This document shows positions 36,577-44,310 of a DNA stretch of 64,000 bases, piece by piece. Numbering within the stretch: the first letter of the stretch is position 1; each line of letters begins with the position of its first letter. The notes below the pieces were generated by a model. That model worked only from the letters and a program-made list of their open reading frames with translations. It searched no databases and was not told the origin of the DNA. Origin of the DNA: an uncultured Gammaproteobacteria bacterium (GTDB taxonomy: Bacteria > Pseudomonadota > Gammaproteobacteria > Arenicellales > CALHMG01). The position numbers and the translations under genes were made by a program. Where the stretch lies: NCBI GenBank assembly GCA_938034705.1, contig CALHMG010000186.1, forward strand, positions 5,110 through 69,109. The letters are read 5' to 3'.

Positions 36577-38325
36577 ATGAATCCCCTACTCGAGGCTCGC
36601 AAGCGATGGATGGCCTGGTCGCCACAGCATGATGCACCCCGAGTGAGCGTCGGTGTGTTGGGCAGCTACACGGTAGATCCGATGGTGCCTTATCTTGGCG
36701 ACGCGCTGGTTCAGCAGGGGCAGTCGCCGGATATCAGGGTTGCGCCATTCAACCAGCTGATTCAGGGAGCTCACAATCCTGGCGCTGCGTTCGATGGTGA
36801 CATACCTGACACTCTGGTCTTTATCTGGCGAATCGAAGATCTTTTTCCGTCACCAGTCGCACGATTTGTGGAAGGCGACGCCGCGGCGCTGTCAGATGTG
36901 TTTGATGGTCTTGATCAGTTTGCCGCAGCGTTGCGCCAGCTGCGTGCCGGTTTCGAGGGTACGGTCGTTGTGGGGATACCGCCCTGTCCGATGCTTGCGG
37001 TGATGGACATCGAACATCTAGCTGCGCACAGTTCGCTGACTGAACTGCACCGCAAGGTTGTGAGCCGTTGGCTTGATCTGCTCGATGAAATCAAGGGTCT
37101 GCTCAGGGTTGATCTTGATTCCATCGAACGTGCGATTGGCTCAACAAGCGCGGCGGATCCTCGCAAGTGGTATCTGTATCGTCAGCCGTACAAGGACGTC
37201 ATGCACAACGGTGTCGCACAGGCGTTGGCGCGAATTATTCGACTCGAGCGCGGCACGGACCTTGTGAAGTGCCTGGTGGTTGACTGTGATAACACGCTTT
37301 GGGGTGGTGTTGTCGGCGAGGACGGTGTGGAGGGTCTCGCTCTCGGGGAGGATTTTCCCGGCAGCGCATACGTTGATTTTCAAAGACAGCTTGTTGCTTT
37401 GCAAAAAACGGGACTCTTCATCACTCTCGTGAGCAAGAATAACGAAGCTGACGTGATGGAAGTCTTCGACCGCCATGACGCAATGATGCTGCGGCGCGAG
37501 CATCTCTCAACGTGGCGCATCAACTGGCAGCCCAAGTCGCAAAACATTACCGAAATCGCCAGCGAGCTGAATATTGGCCTTGATGCAATCGCGTTTATTG
37601 ATGACAGCTCGTTTGAGATCGAGGAAGTGAAAGCACGCACACCTGAAGTTTTGTGCCATCAGGTTCCTGAAGATGTTGCACTCCTGCCCAAGAGCATTCG
37701 CGACCTGCGAGTGTTTGAAAGAGTCGGGATCACCGAGGATGATCGTCGTCGAACCCGACTCGTGCAGGCCGAGAAGCAACGCATCAGCGCAAAAGGTACG
37801 GTAAGTGAAGAAGAATTTCTGAAAACTCAGGGCCTTTGTCTTACCGTTGGTGAGGCAACTGACGGTCAGATAGATCGAGTTACCCAGCTGATTAACAAGA
37901 CGAATCAGTTTAATCTGACAACCAGACGACGAACCCGCGAAGAGGTAGAAGCACTCGCCAACGCTGCCGATAGCAGAGTTTACTTTGCCACCGCTGCCGA
38001 TCGGTTTGGTGAATACGGTTTGATCGGTGTTGCGGTGGTGTCCTGTGCCGAGCGCAGCTGGCACCTGGATACCCTGCTGCTAAGCTGCAGGGCGCTGGGC
38101 AGAAAGATCGAAACTGCGTTTGTGGCGCGAATTGGCGATGACGCATCCGCGACCGGTATAGCAACGCTGACAGCAGAGTTTATTGAGACCGCAAAAAATA
38201 CCCCGGCAAAATCGTTTTTGCCCGACCACGGATTTACGGTTTCTGGCGCAAACGCTTTTACGGCAGAGATCAAAAATATGCCTCCGTGTCCTGACTTTAT
38301 TCAAGTGAAGAGCTTTGGTTCATGA
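36577..38325 (+). CDS. HAD-superfamily subfamily IIIC / FkbH-like protein (putative carrier-protein loader)
   Basis: HAD motif I VVDCDNTLWGG (37282-37296), LVSKNN, FIDDSSFEIEEV, and a C-terminal GNAT-like region with LLLSCRALGRKIE (Cys codon 38086-38088). Confidence 0.88.
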   Translation: MNPLLEARKRWMAWSPQHDAPRVSVGVLGSYTVDPMVPYLGDALVQQGQSPDIRVAPFNQLIQGAHNPGAAFDGDIPDTLVFIWRIEDLFPSPVARFVEGDAAALSDVFDGLDQFAAALRQLRAGFEGTVVVGIPPCPMLAVMDIEHLAAHSSLTELHRKVVSRWLDLLDEIKGLLRVDLDSIERAIGSTSAADPRKWYLYRQPYKDVMHNGVAQALARIIRLERGTDLVKCLVVDCDNTLWGGVVGEDGVEGLALGEDFPGSAYVDFQRQLVALQKTGLFITLVSKNNEADVMEVFDRHDAMMLRREHLSTWRINWQPKSQNITEIASELNIGLDAIAFIDDSSFEIEEVKARTPEVLCHQVPEDVALLPKSIRDLRVFERVGITEDDRRRTRLVQAEKQRISAKGTVSEEEFLKTQGLCLTVGEATDGQIDRVTQLINKTNQFNLTTRRRTREEVEALANAADSRVYFATAADRFGEYGLIGVAVVSCAERSWHLDTLLLSCRALGRKIETAFVARIGDDASATGIATLTAEFIETAKNTPAKSFLPDHGFTVSGANAFTAEIKNMPPCPDFIQVKSFGS

Positions 38326-39212
38326 CCGCCGCCTACAACGAAATTTCAAGTCGCCTTGAGGCCGTCCCCTACATACGACGGTCGGTAGATGAGGTGAAAC
38401 TCGCCGGCGGTGACCAGTGGCTGGCGACGCTGGACGACCATATGGAGAATTTCGCGGGCTATCTCGCTGAAACCGGCGGCAGCATCGATGACGCGGTTGA
38501 AGGTTTTGTTGAGATGACGCTGGAGACCATCCGTCTGCAGCAAAATTTCTTCAAGACCGGGAAGTTCAATACACTGGACGACTACGATGATCAGGCAGAT
38601 GTCTATCAGGACAGAGACCTGATGGTGAGACGCTACCTGCCGGGGCTTTATCTGGCCCAGCTGCTCTGGAAAAACCATTACCAGAAACTGCGATTTTTCA
38701 CCGATCGAGTTGTGCCTGAGGCGCAATCCGCCGACCGAGCCTTCGACGTTGGCGCTGGACCCGGCACCTTTGGGCTGACGCTGGCCAGTCGTTATCCAGA
38801 ACTTGCGGTCACGTTCAACGACATCAGCCCTTTCAGCGAGGAAATGATTACGGCACTCGCCAAACGAAAAACGGGTATTGATTTCCTGCCTGGCGATTTC
38901 CTCAAGCTCGACGTTACCCGACCCTATGATTTTGTTGTGTTCAGCGAAGTTGTGGAACACCTGAGTGATCCCGGAGCCGGGATGGACAAACTGCTCGACG
39001 TGGTTGCAGCTGATGGCAAGGTTTTCTTCAGCACCGCGACCAACGCGGCGTTTTACGACCACACCATTATTTACGAGTCAGTTGCGGAGATTCGCTCGAT
39101 GATCAAAGACCATGGCTTTGACATTGAGTTCGACGAAGAGGTGATGGCGCTTGAGTCCGGTGATGGTGTTGATGTGATTGACTACAACGCCGTGATCAGG
39201 CGAGCTGGCTGA
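38322..39212 (+). CDS. Class I SAM-dependent methyltransferase (paralog 1)
   Basis: Motif I FDVGAGPGTFG and the post-I acidic FNDIS. Its N-terminal helical domain is shared with the paralog at 39648. There is a 4-nt overlap with the FkbH-like stop. Confidence 0.85.
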   Translation: MTAAYNEISSRLEAVPYIRRSVDEVKLAGGDQWLATLDDHMENFAGYLAETGGSIDDAVEGFVEMTLETIRLQQNFFKTGKFNTLDDYDDQADVYQDRDLMVRRYLPGLYLAQLLWKNHYQKLRFFTDRVVPEAQSADRAFDVGAGPGTFGLTLASRYPELAVTFNDISPFSEEMITALAKRKTGIDFLPGDFLKLDVTRPYDFVVFSEVVEHLSDPGAGMDKLLDVVAADGKVFFSTATNAAFYDHTIIYESVAEIRSMIKDHGFDIEFDEEVMALESGDGVDVIDYNAVIRRAG

Positions 39213-39215
39213 ACC

Positions 39216-39644
39216 ATGGTCGAACCCAACAACGCTGCTGGGCTTGAACTTGCGCACATAGGTTACGTCGTCAACAACATGGACGGTGCCCTGAAGCGGT
39301 TCGTTCGTGAAGGCGCGACCATCGTGATGTCATCCTGTCATGACCCGATTCAAAAAGTTCACGTGGCGGTGGTTGAACTGCCGGGCAACGTTTTGATCGA
39401 GCTTGTCGCGCCAGACGACAGCGGCAGTTCGCCGGTTGAGGCTCGGCTTGGTCGCGGCGGTGGGCTGGATCATCTTTGTTACTTTACCGATGATATTGAG
39501 GCCGCGATAAAAACCGAAACCGAACAGGGTGCCGTCGTCGTGTGCGAGCCGGTATTTGCGGTCGCCTTCAATGCCACGGTGGCGTTTGTCCATCGACGCA
39601 CCGGCCTTGTGGTTGAATATATGACTCGACCGGAGGTTGCTTAG
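39216..39644 (+). CDS. VOC-family (glyoxalase / methylmalonyl-CoA epimerase-like) protein
   Basis: LAHIGYVVNNMDGALKRF...IELVAP...LDHLCYFTDDIEAA...VEYM is the typical paired beta-alpha-beta-beta-beta VOC pattern with His/Glu metal ligands. Confidence 0.8.
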   Translation: MVEPNNAAGLELAHIGYVVNNMDGALKRFVREGATIVMSSCHDPIQKVHVAVVELPGNVLIELVAPDDSGSSPVEARLGRGGGLDHLCYFTDDIEAAIKTETEQGAVVVCEPVFAVAFNATVAFVHRRTGLVVEYMTRPEVA

Positions 39645-39647
39645 TCG

Positions 39648-40574
39648 ATGGACCGGACCGAACTCGAGAAATTTGCCAGGCCCTTCGCCAGCCAGTGGAT
39701 TGCGGAAAACGTGCCGATGATTTCCGGCGGGCTGACGGTGTTCCAGGAAGCGCTGGCGGACGACGACCGCGAGATTATCGATGATGTGTTCTGGCGTTTT
39801 ATCCAGAACCACGAGGACCCCAGGGCCGCTCTCGCCGGCGGGCTCGAGTCTTTTTCGACAATCAGCGTGGATTTTCTCAGGCTTCAGGGGCGCTTTATGC
39901 GTAGCGGCAAGTATCGCGCGGCCGCCAACCCGGAGACGTTGCAGGAGCTGTACGCCGACGGCGAGCGAATGCGCGGTTACTATCTCGACGGTCTTTTTCT
40001 GACCTATGCGCTGTGGCCGAACCACGTGCAGATGCTCAAATTCTTCAGAGATCGATTTCTTGCGCGTTTGCCCGAGAACGTTTCGTTGCTCGAGGTCGGC
40101 GTGGGTCATGGATTGATGGCGTCATTGATGCTGGAGCAGTTACCCGGCAGTAGCTATCACGGGATCGATATTTCCAGTCACTCAATCGACTACGCGATGG
40201 AAAACTTTTCACCTGCGCTCAAACAGGCGGGTCGGGTAAAGATGAGTTGCGCTGATATCACCGACCCGGCGCTCAAGCCCGGACATCATGATGCAGTTGT
40301 ATGTTGCGAAGTACTTGAGCATGTTCTTGAGCCCGATGTTCTGCTCGAGGCGCTGAGTCGGTCCGTTGAGGCTGGCAGTTTCGGGTTTCTCACGACGGTC
40401 GCAAATATGGAAGCCGAAGACCATGTCTATCTCTTTCATGATGCGGATGACATTCGCACCCATATCACCAGGGGCGGATTTGAGATTGTCGAAGACCAGG
40501 CCAACGGGTTGCCGGGAATGGAAGATGCGACCCCGCGTCCGCTGAACTACAGCGCAATCGTTCAACGCACCTGA
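39648..40574 (+). CDS. Class I SAM-dependent methyltransferase (paralog 2)
   Basis: Motif I LLEVGVGHGLM and CCEVLEHV. Its N-terminal region aligns with the paralog at 38322 (LRLQGRFMRSGKY vs IRLQQNFFKTGKF; LWPNHVQMLKFFRDRF vs LWKNHYQKLRFFTDRV). Confidence 0.85.
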   Translation: MDRTELEKFARPFASQWIAENVPMISGGLTVFQEALADDDREIIDDVFWRFIQNHEDPRAALAGGLESFSTISVDFLRLQGRFMRSGKYRAAANPETLQELYADGERMRGYYLDGLFLTYALWPNHVQMLKFFRDRFLARLPENVSLLEVGVGHGLMASLMLEQLPGSSYHGIDISSHSIDYAMENFSPALKQAGRVKMSCADITDPALKPGHHDAVVCCEVLEHVLEPDVLLEALSRSVEAGSFGFLTTVANMEAEDHVYLFHDADDIRTHITRGGFEIVEDQANGLPGMEDATPRPLNYSAIVQRT

Positions 40575-40687
40575 TGCATCACAACACCGCAATTGATTTC
40601 TGAAGGGCCGCAAACGGTCTCCGGGACATTCGCTGATCCTGTTTCGGGATTGCGCTATGGTGTTCGCGCGGGTCTGGTGACCCAGCA

Positions 40688-41386
40688 ATGTTTGATAGCG
40701 TTTATCTGTCTCGCAAAAAACCGATGAACGGATATCTCGCACCGTGCCGGAGTTTTAGTTTGTACGACCTTGCCGAAATCCGCAGCGCACTCAATGTGGC
40801 GCCGGGCCTTCAGTTTGAATCCGCAGAGAAGCGAGCTTCAGTCGCGTTGATTCTCAGAAGCGTTGATGACGAAACACAGGTTTTTTTGATTCGCCGCGCC
40901 GACAAGGATGGTGACCCATGGTCCGGACATATGGCATTTCCCGGTGGCCGGGTTGAAGCAACAGATCGCGATCTGGAGCACACCGCGCGGCGGGAAACTC
41001 TGGAGGAGACTGAGCTCGTCATTACGAGTGAGGATTGTATTGGTCGCATAGATGACGTCCAGGGCCGCTCCAGAGGCAGGAGTATCGGGCTGGTTATTTC
41101 ATGTTTTGTGTTTCAGATCGATGCTGACCGTGGTGAGCGACCGGTTGGCAACTATGAAGTCGCCTCAACCCACTGGGTACCGCTGTCCTGGTTCAGTGAT
41201 TCAACTCGATTCCTTCATTACTACCCACCGAAGCCGCACGGCGACGTCTATCCTGGGATGCGGATCGGTGACCATGAACGCGAAATACTGTGGGGCCTGA
41301 CGTATCGGTTCATGTGCGATTTCTTTTCCCGGCTTGGGACTTCGCTCCCTGAAACTACAGGCGAAATCACACCAAAATCCGGCTGA
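40688..41386 (+). CDS. Nudix hydrolase, CoA-pyrophosphatase-like
   Basis: Nudix box GGRVEATDRDLEHTARRETLEETEL, preceded by FLIRRADKDGDPWSGHMAFPGG, which resembles the CoA pyrophosphatase signature. The start is uncertain (40688 or 40724). Confidence 0.78.
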   Translation: MFDSVYLSRKKPMNGYLAPCRSFSLYDLAEIRSALNVAPGLQFESAEKRASVALILRSVDDETQVFLIRRADKDGDPWSGHMAFPGGRVEATDRDLEHTARRETLEETELVITSEDCIGRIDDVQGRSRGRSIGLVISCFVFQIDADRGERPVGNYEVASTHWVPLSWFSDSTRFLHYYPPKPHGDVYPGMRIGDHEREILWGLTYRFMCDFFSRLGTSLPETTGEITPKSG

Positions 41387-41408
41387 TTCAGTGCGTCCGT
41401 ACCACTGC

Positions 41409-41470
41409 GGCTGGACGACCGTGATATCGTGATCGGCCTGATTCAAAAGAGCCACGATGCTGGTCCAGCC
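41409..41470 (+). promoter_or_regulatory. Structured leader hairpin immediately upstream of moaA
   Basis: Outer stem GGCTGGAC (41409-41416) / GTCCAGCC (41463-41470) and inner stem ATCGTG (41426-41431) / CACGAT (41453-41458). It ends 11 nt before the moaA ATG. Confidence 0.3.
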
Positions 41471-41481
41471 TCGCAGAACCC

Positions 41482-42552
41482 ATGACCAACGTTCCTTTTA
41501 ATCCTTCACCGAAGTCGTTGTCTTCAGGCGTAGAAAAATCCTCGGGCGTCGTCGATCAGCGGGGCCGCGGCATACGGGACTTGCGAATCTCGGTAACGGA
41601 TCGTTGTAACTTCCGATGTGTTTACTGCATGCCCAAGGAACTGTTTGGTTCTGATCATGCGTTTTTGCCGCGTGCTGAACTGCTGAACTTTGAGGAAATC
41701 GAACGGATCGCTCGCGCGTTCGCAAGCCTTGGGGTAACCAAGCTACGGCTGACCGGCGGTGAGCCTCTGGTACGCAAGGAACTTGAAACGCTGATCAGTC
41801 AGCTTGCGGTGATACCCGGTATTGATGATGTGAGCCTCACCACTAACGGCTCGCTGTTGACGCTCGATAAGGGACGCGCGCTAAAAGATGCCGGACTGAA
41901 GCGACTCACCATCAGTCTCGACGCCGTGACCGAAGAAGTATTCTCGGCAATCAATGACGTCAAATTTCCTGTCGCCAAGGTGCTCGGTGCCGTCGACAAC
42001 GCGCTTGCTGCGGGTCTTGATCCAATCAAGGTCAACATGGTTGTGGCCAAGGGGATGAACGAGGAGGAGATCCTGCCCATGGTGCGTCAGTTCAAAGGCA
42101 CCGGCGTGATCCTGCGATTTATCGAGTTTATGGATGTTGGCAACACCAACGGGTGGAAGCTTGATCGCGTTGTTTCTGCGCGTGAGATTGTCGAGACCAT
42201 AGCCAGCGAATTTCCCGTTGAGCCCCTGAACGCCAACTACCCTGGCGAGGTTGCGAGCCGATGGAAGTTTTCAGACGGCAGCGGTGAGATTGGTGTTATT
42301 TCATCTGTGACCAAACCGTTTTGTTCCAGCTGCACCCGCGCGCGACTGTCCGCCGAGGGGAGCGTCTACACGTGTCTGTTCGCCAGCGAGGGCACCGACC
42401 TCCGTGCGCTCGTTCGAAGTGGCGCGAGTGATGACGAGCTGCGCGACGCAGTCCAGAACGTCTGGTCACACAGAGACGATCGATATTCGGAGCTGCGCTC
42501 CGACGCTACTGTCGATCTTCCAAAAGTTGAAATGTCCTACATCGGGGGGTGA
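41482..42552 (+). CDS. moaA: GTP 3',8-cyclase MoaA (radical SAM)
   Basis: RISVTDRCNFRCVYCMP, a C-terminal second cluster CSSCTRARLSAEG, and a terminal GG. Confidence 0.95.
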   Translation: MTNVPFNPSPKSLSSGVEKSSGVVDQRGRGIRDLRISVTDRCNFRCVYCMPKELFGSDHAFLPRAELLNFEEIERIARAFASLGVTKLRLTGGEPLVRKELETLISQLAVIPGIDDVSLTTNGSLLTLDKGRALKDAGLKRLTISLDAVTEEVFSAINDVKFPVAKVLGAVDNALAAGLDPIKVNMVVAKGMNEEEILPMVRQFKGTGVILRFIEFMDVGNTNGWKLDRVVSAREIVETIASEFPVEPLNANYPGEVASRWKFSDGSGEIGVISSVTKPFCSSCTRARLSAEGSVYTCLFASEGTDLRALVRSGASDDELRDAVQNVWSHRDDRYSELRSDATVDLPKVEMSYIGG

Positions 42553-42600
42553 CGCGGCGGACCGCTTTGTCCCCGGGTACAAGGCACGCCCTCGGCGCTT

Positions 42601-43131
42601 TTATTTTTCGAGGAGTCGTGGCATGAGCTCGACCAGGTTGCACGGCCTCGTGCGGTAGTCGAGTTGGTGCACGATCAGGCGGTCCCACGCTGTTGCGCAC
42701 GCGCCGGAGGATCCCGGAAGACAAAAAACGTAAGTGCCGTTGGCAACGCCCGCAACCGCACGGGACTGCAGCGTTGAAGTTTTGATTTCCTCGTATGACA
42801 GCACTCTGAACATTTCACCAAAGCCCGTGATGATCTTGTCGAGCAGAGGTTCGACGGCCTCGGGAGTTCCGTCACGTCCGGTAACACCTGTGCCACCGGT
42901 GCTGACAATCACCTGGACGTCGGGGTTCGCAATCCAGTCCGACATCGCAGCGCGGATCTGATACATGTCGTCCTTAACGATGCGTTTGTCTGCGAGGTTA
43001 TGACCGGCCTCAACCAGCCTTGTGGCCAGCAGTTTGCCGGACTTGTCGTTTTCCTCGGTTCGTGAGTCAGAGACAGTGAGAACACTGATATTGACCGGGA
43101 TCAGTTCCCGTGCGGCTCGGTTTTCAGTCAT
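42601..43131 (-). CDS. moaB: Molybdenum cofactor biosynthesis protein MoaB (MogA-like fold)
   Basis: ISVLTVSDSRT...STGGTGVTGRDGTPEA matches the MoaB/MogA pattern. Confidence 0.9.
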   Translation of the reverse strand: MTENRAARELIPVNISVLTVSDSRTEENDKSGKLLATRLVEAGHNLADKRIVKDDMYQIRAAMSDWIANPDVQVIVSTGGTGVTGRDGTPEAVEPLLDKIITGFGEMFRVLSYEEIKTSTLQSRAVAGVANGTYVFCLPGSSGACATAWDRLIVHQLDYRTRPCNLVELMPRLLEK

Positions 43132-43229
43132 GGATGGCGCTCCTCAAGACGGCATGGATTGCGCAAACTGCGCCTGACCCGATGATACACTGGCTGACCC
43201 GGTTCAAGCCGTGCCGACGTGACACACCG

Positions 43230-43463
43230 ATGAGCATAAAGGTCCATTTTTTTGCCAGTTTGAGCGAGCGTCTCGGTTTGTCCGAGACCGAGGTCAGCTC
43301 GGCGTCGGCGACCACCGCTCTGGATGTCTGGGTCGAGGCGACGGGGCAGACCGAACTCGCCGACAACATTCTGATCGCCGTGAATAAGGAATATGCGAAG
43401 TCTGACACCGGCATCGAAGACGGTGACGAGGTCGCGTTCTTTCCTCCGGTGACGGGCGGCTGA
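43230..43463 (+). CDS. moaD: Molybdopterin synthase sulfur carrier subunit MoaD
   Basis: 77 aa from the ATG at 43230, with a ubiquitin-like fold pattern and C-terminal FFPPVTGG. Confidence 0.88.
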   Translation: MSIKVHFFASLSERLGLSETEVSSASATTALDVWVEATGQTELADNILIAVNKEYAKSDTGIEDGDEVAFFPPVTGG

Positions 43464-43473
43464 GGGCACCCGT

Positions 43474-43917
43474 ATGAAAGTCGAGATCTTCCCCAAGACC
43501 TTTGATCCCTGGCGTTCGCTTGTCGACTACCAGGCGCAGAATCTCGAGTCCGGTTCTTTCGGCGCGACCGCGACGTTCGTCGGCACGATGCGCGATTTCA
43601 ACGAGGGCGACGACGTTACAGCGATGACGCTGGAGCACTACCCGGGAATGACCGAAAAAGAACTTGAACGGATCGCAAGCGAAGCGGTAGCAGAGTATGA
43701 CCTCGCCGACGTCTACCTGGCACACCGAGTGGGTGACATTGCGCCGGGTGATCCGATCGTTCTGGTTGCCGTCTGGTCATCGCACAGACGCGAGGCGTTT
43801 GTAGCCTGTCGCGAAATTATGGAGTTCCTGAAATCACGCGCGCCATTCTGGAAAAAAGAAACGCTCAAAGGCGACAGTCAAAGCGCGCGGTGGGTTGAGA
43901 AAAACACCGCCGGTTAA
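43474..43917 (+). CDS. moaE: Molybdopterin synthase catalytic subunit MoaE
   Basis: GATATFVGTMRDFNEGD...HRVGDIAPGDPIVLVAVWSSHRREAF...APFWKKE. Confidence 0.92.
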   Translation: MKVEIFPKTFDPWRSLVDYQAQNLESGSFGATATFVGTMRDFNEGDDVTAMTLEHYPGMTEKELERIASEAVAEYDLADVYLAHRVGDIAPGDPIVLVAVWSSHRREAFVACREIMEFLKSRAPFWKKETLKGDSQSARWVEKNTAG

Positions 43918-43981
43918 AGTGCCCACGCTCGCCATGAGCTGGCAGCAGTTACAGTTACAAAAAATCAAAGAGGAATCAGAC

Positions 43982-44284
43982 ATGAGTCAACTTGATGATC
44001 AGACCCGGACCGAGCTTGAGGCCGCAGTGTTCAGGCGTCTTGTCACACACCTGCAGGACAACACTGATGTCCAGAATATTGATCTGATGAATCTGGCGAG
44101 CTTCTGTCGCAACTGCCTGTCAAAGTGGTATAGCGCCGCGGCTGACGACAAGGGCATTGAGATTGACTACGGTGCGGCTCGCGAAATCGTTTACGGCATG
44201 CCCTACGATGAGTGGAAGGAAAAATATCAGACCGAAGCGACGCCTGAACAAAAAGCGGCATACGCCGCGAAGCACGACAAGTAG
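43982..44284 (+). CDS. DUF1244-family protein
   Basis: The ATG at 43982 follows AAGAGGAA. The sequence TELEAAVFRRLVTHL...NLASFCRNCLSKWY is typical of DUF1244. Confidence 0.75.
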   Translation: MSQLDDQTRTELEAAVFRRLVTHLQDNTDVQNIDLMNLASFCRNCLSKWYSAAADDKGIEIDYGAAREIVYGMPYDEWKEKYQTEATPEQKAAYAAKHDK

Positions 44285-44310
44285 CACAAGGGTCTCGAGA
44301 CGCTGACGCG

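Noticed and set aside
27500-41400. The accessory block as a mobile genomic island.
   Set aside because: I see no integrase, transposase, tRNA attachment site or flanking direct repeats. Only local AT-rich patches (31200-31290) are apparent. Base-composition and codon statistics were not computed, so horizontal origin remains open, but mobility is unsupported.
41387-41481. A Moco riboswitch upstream of moaA.
   Set aside because: The leader is only about 95 nt, and I could not identify the conserved Moco-motif nucleotides by eye. It is reported only as a generic hairpin pending a covariance-model search.
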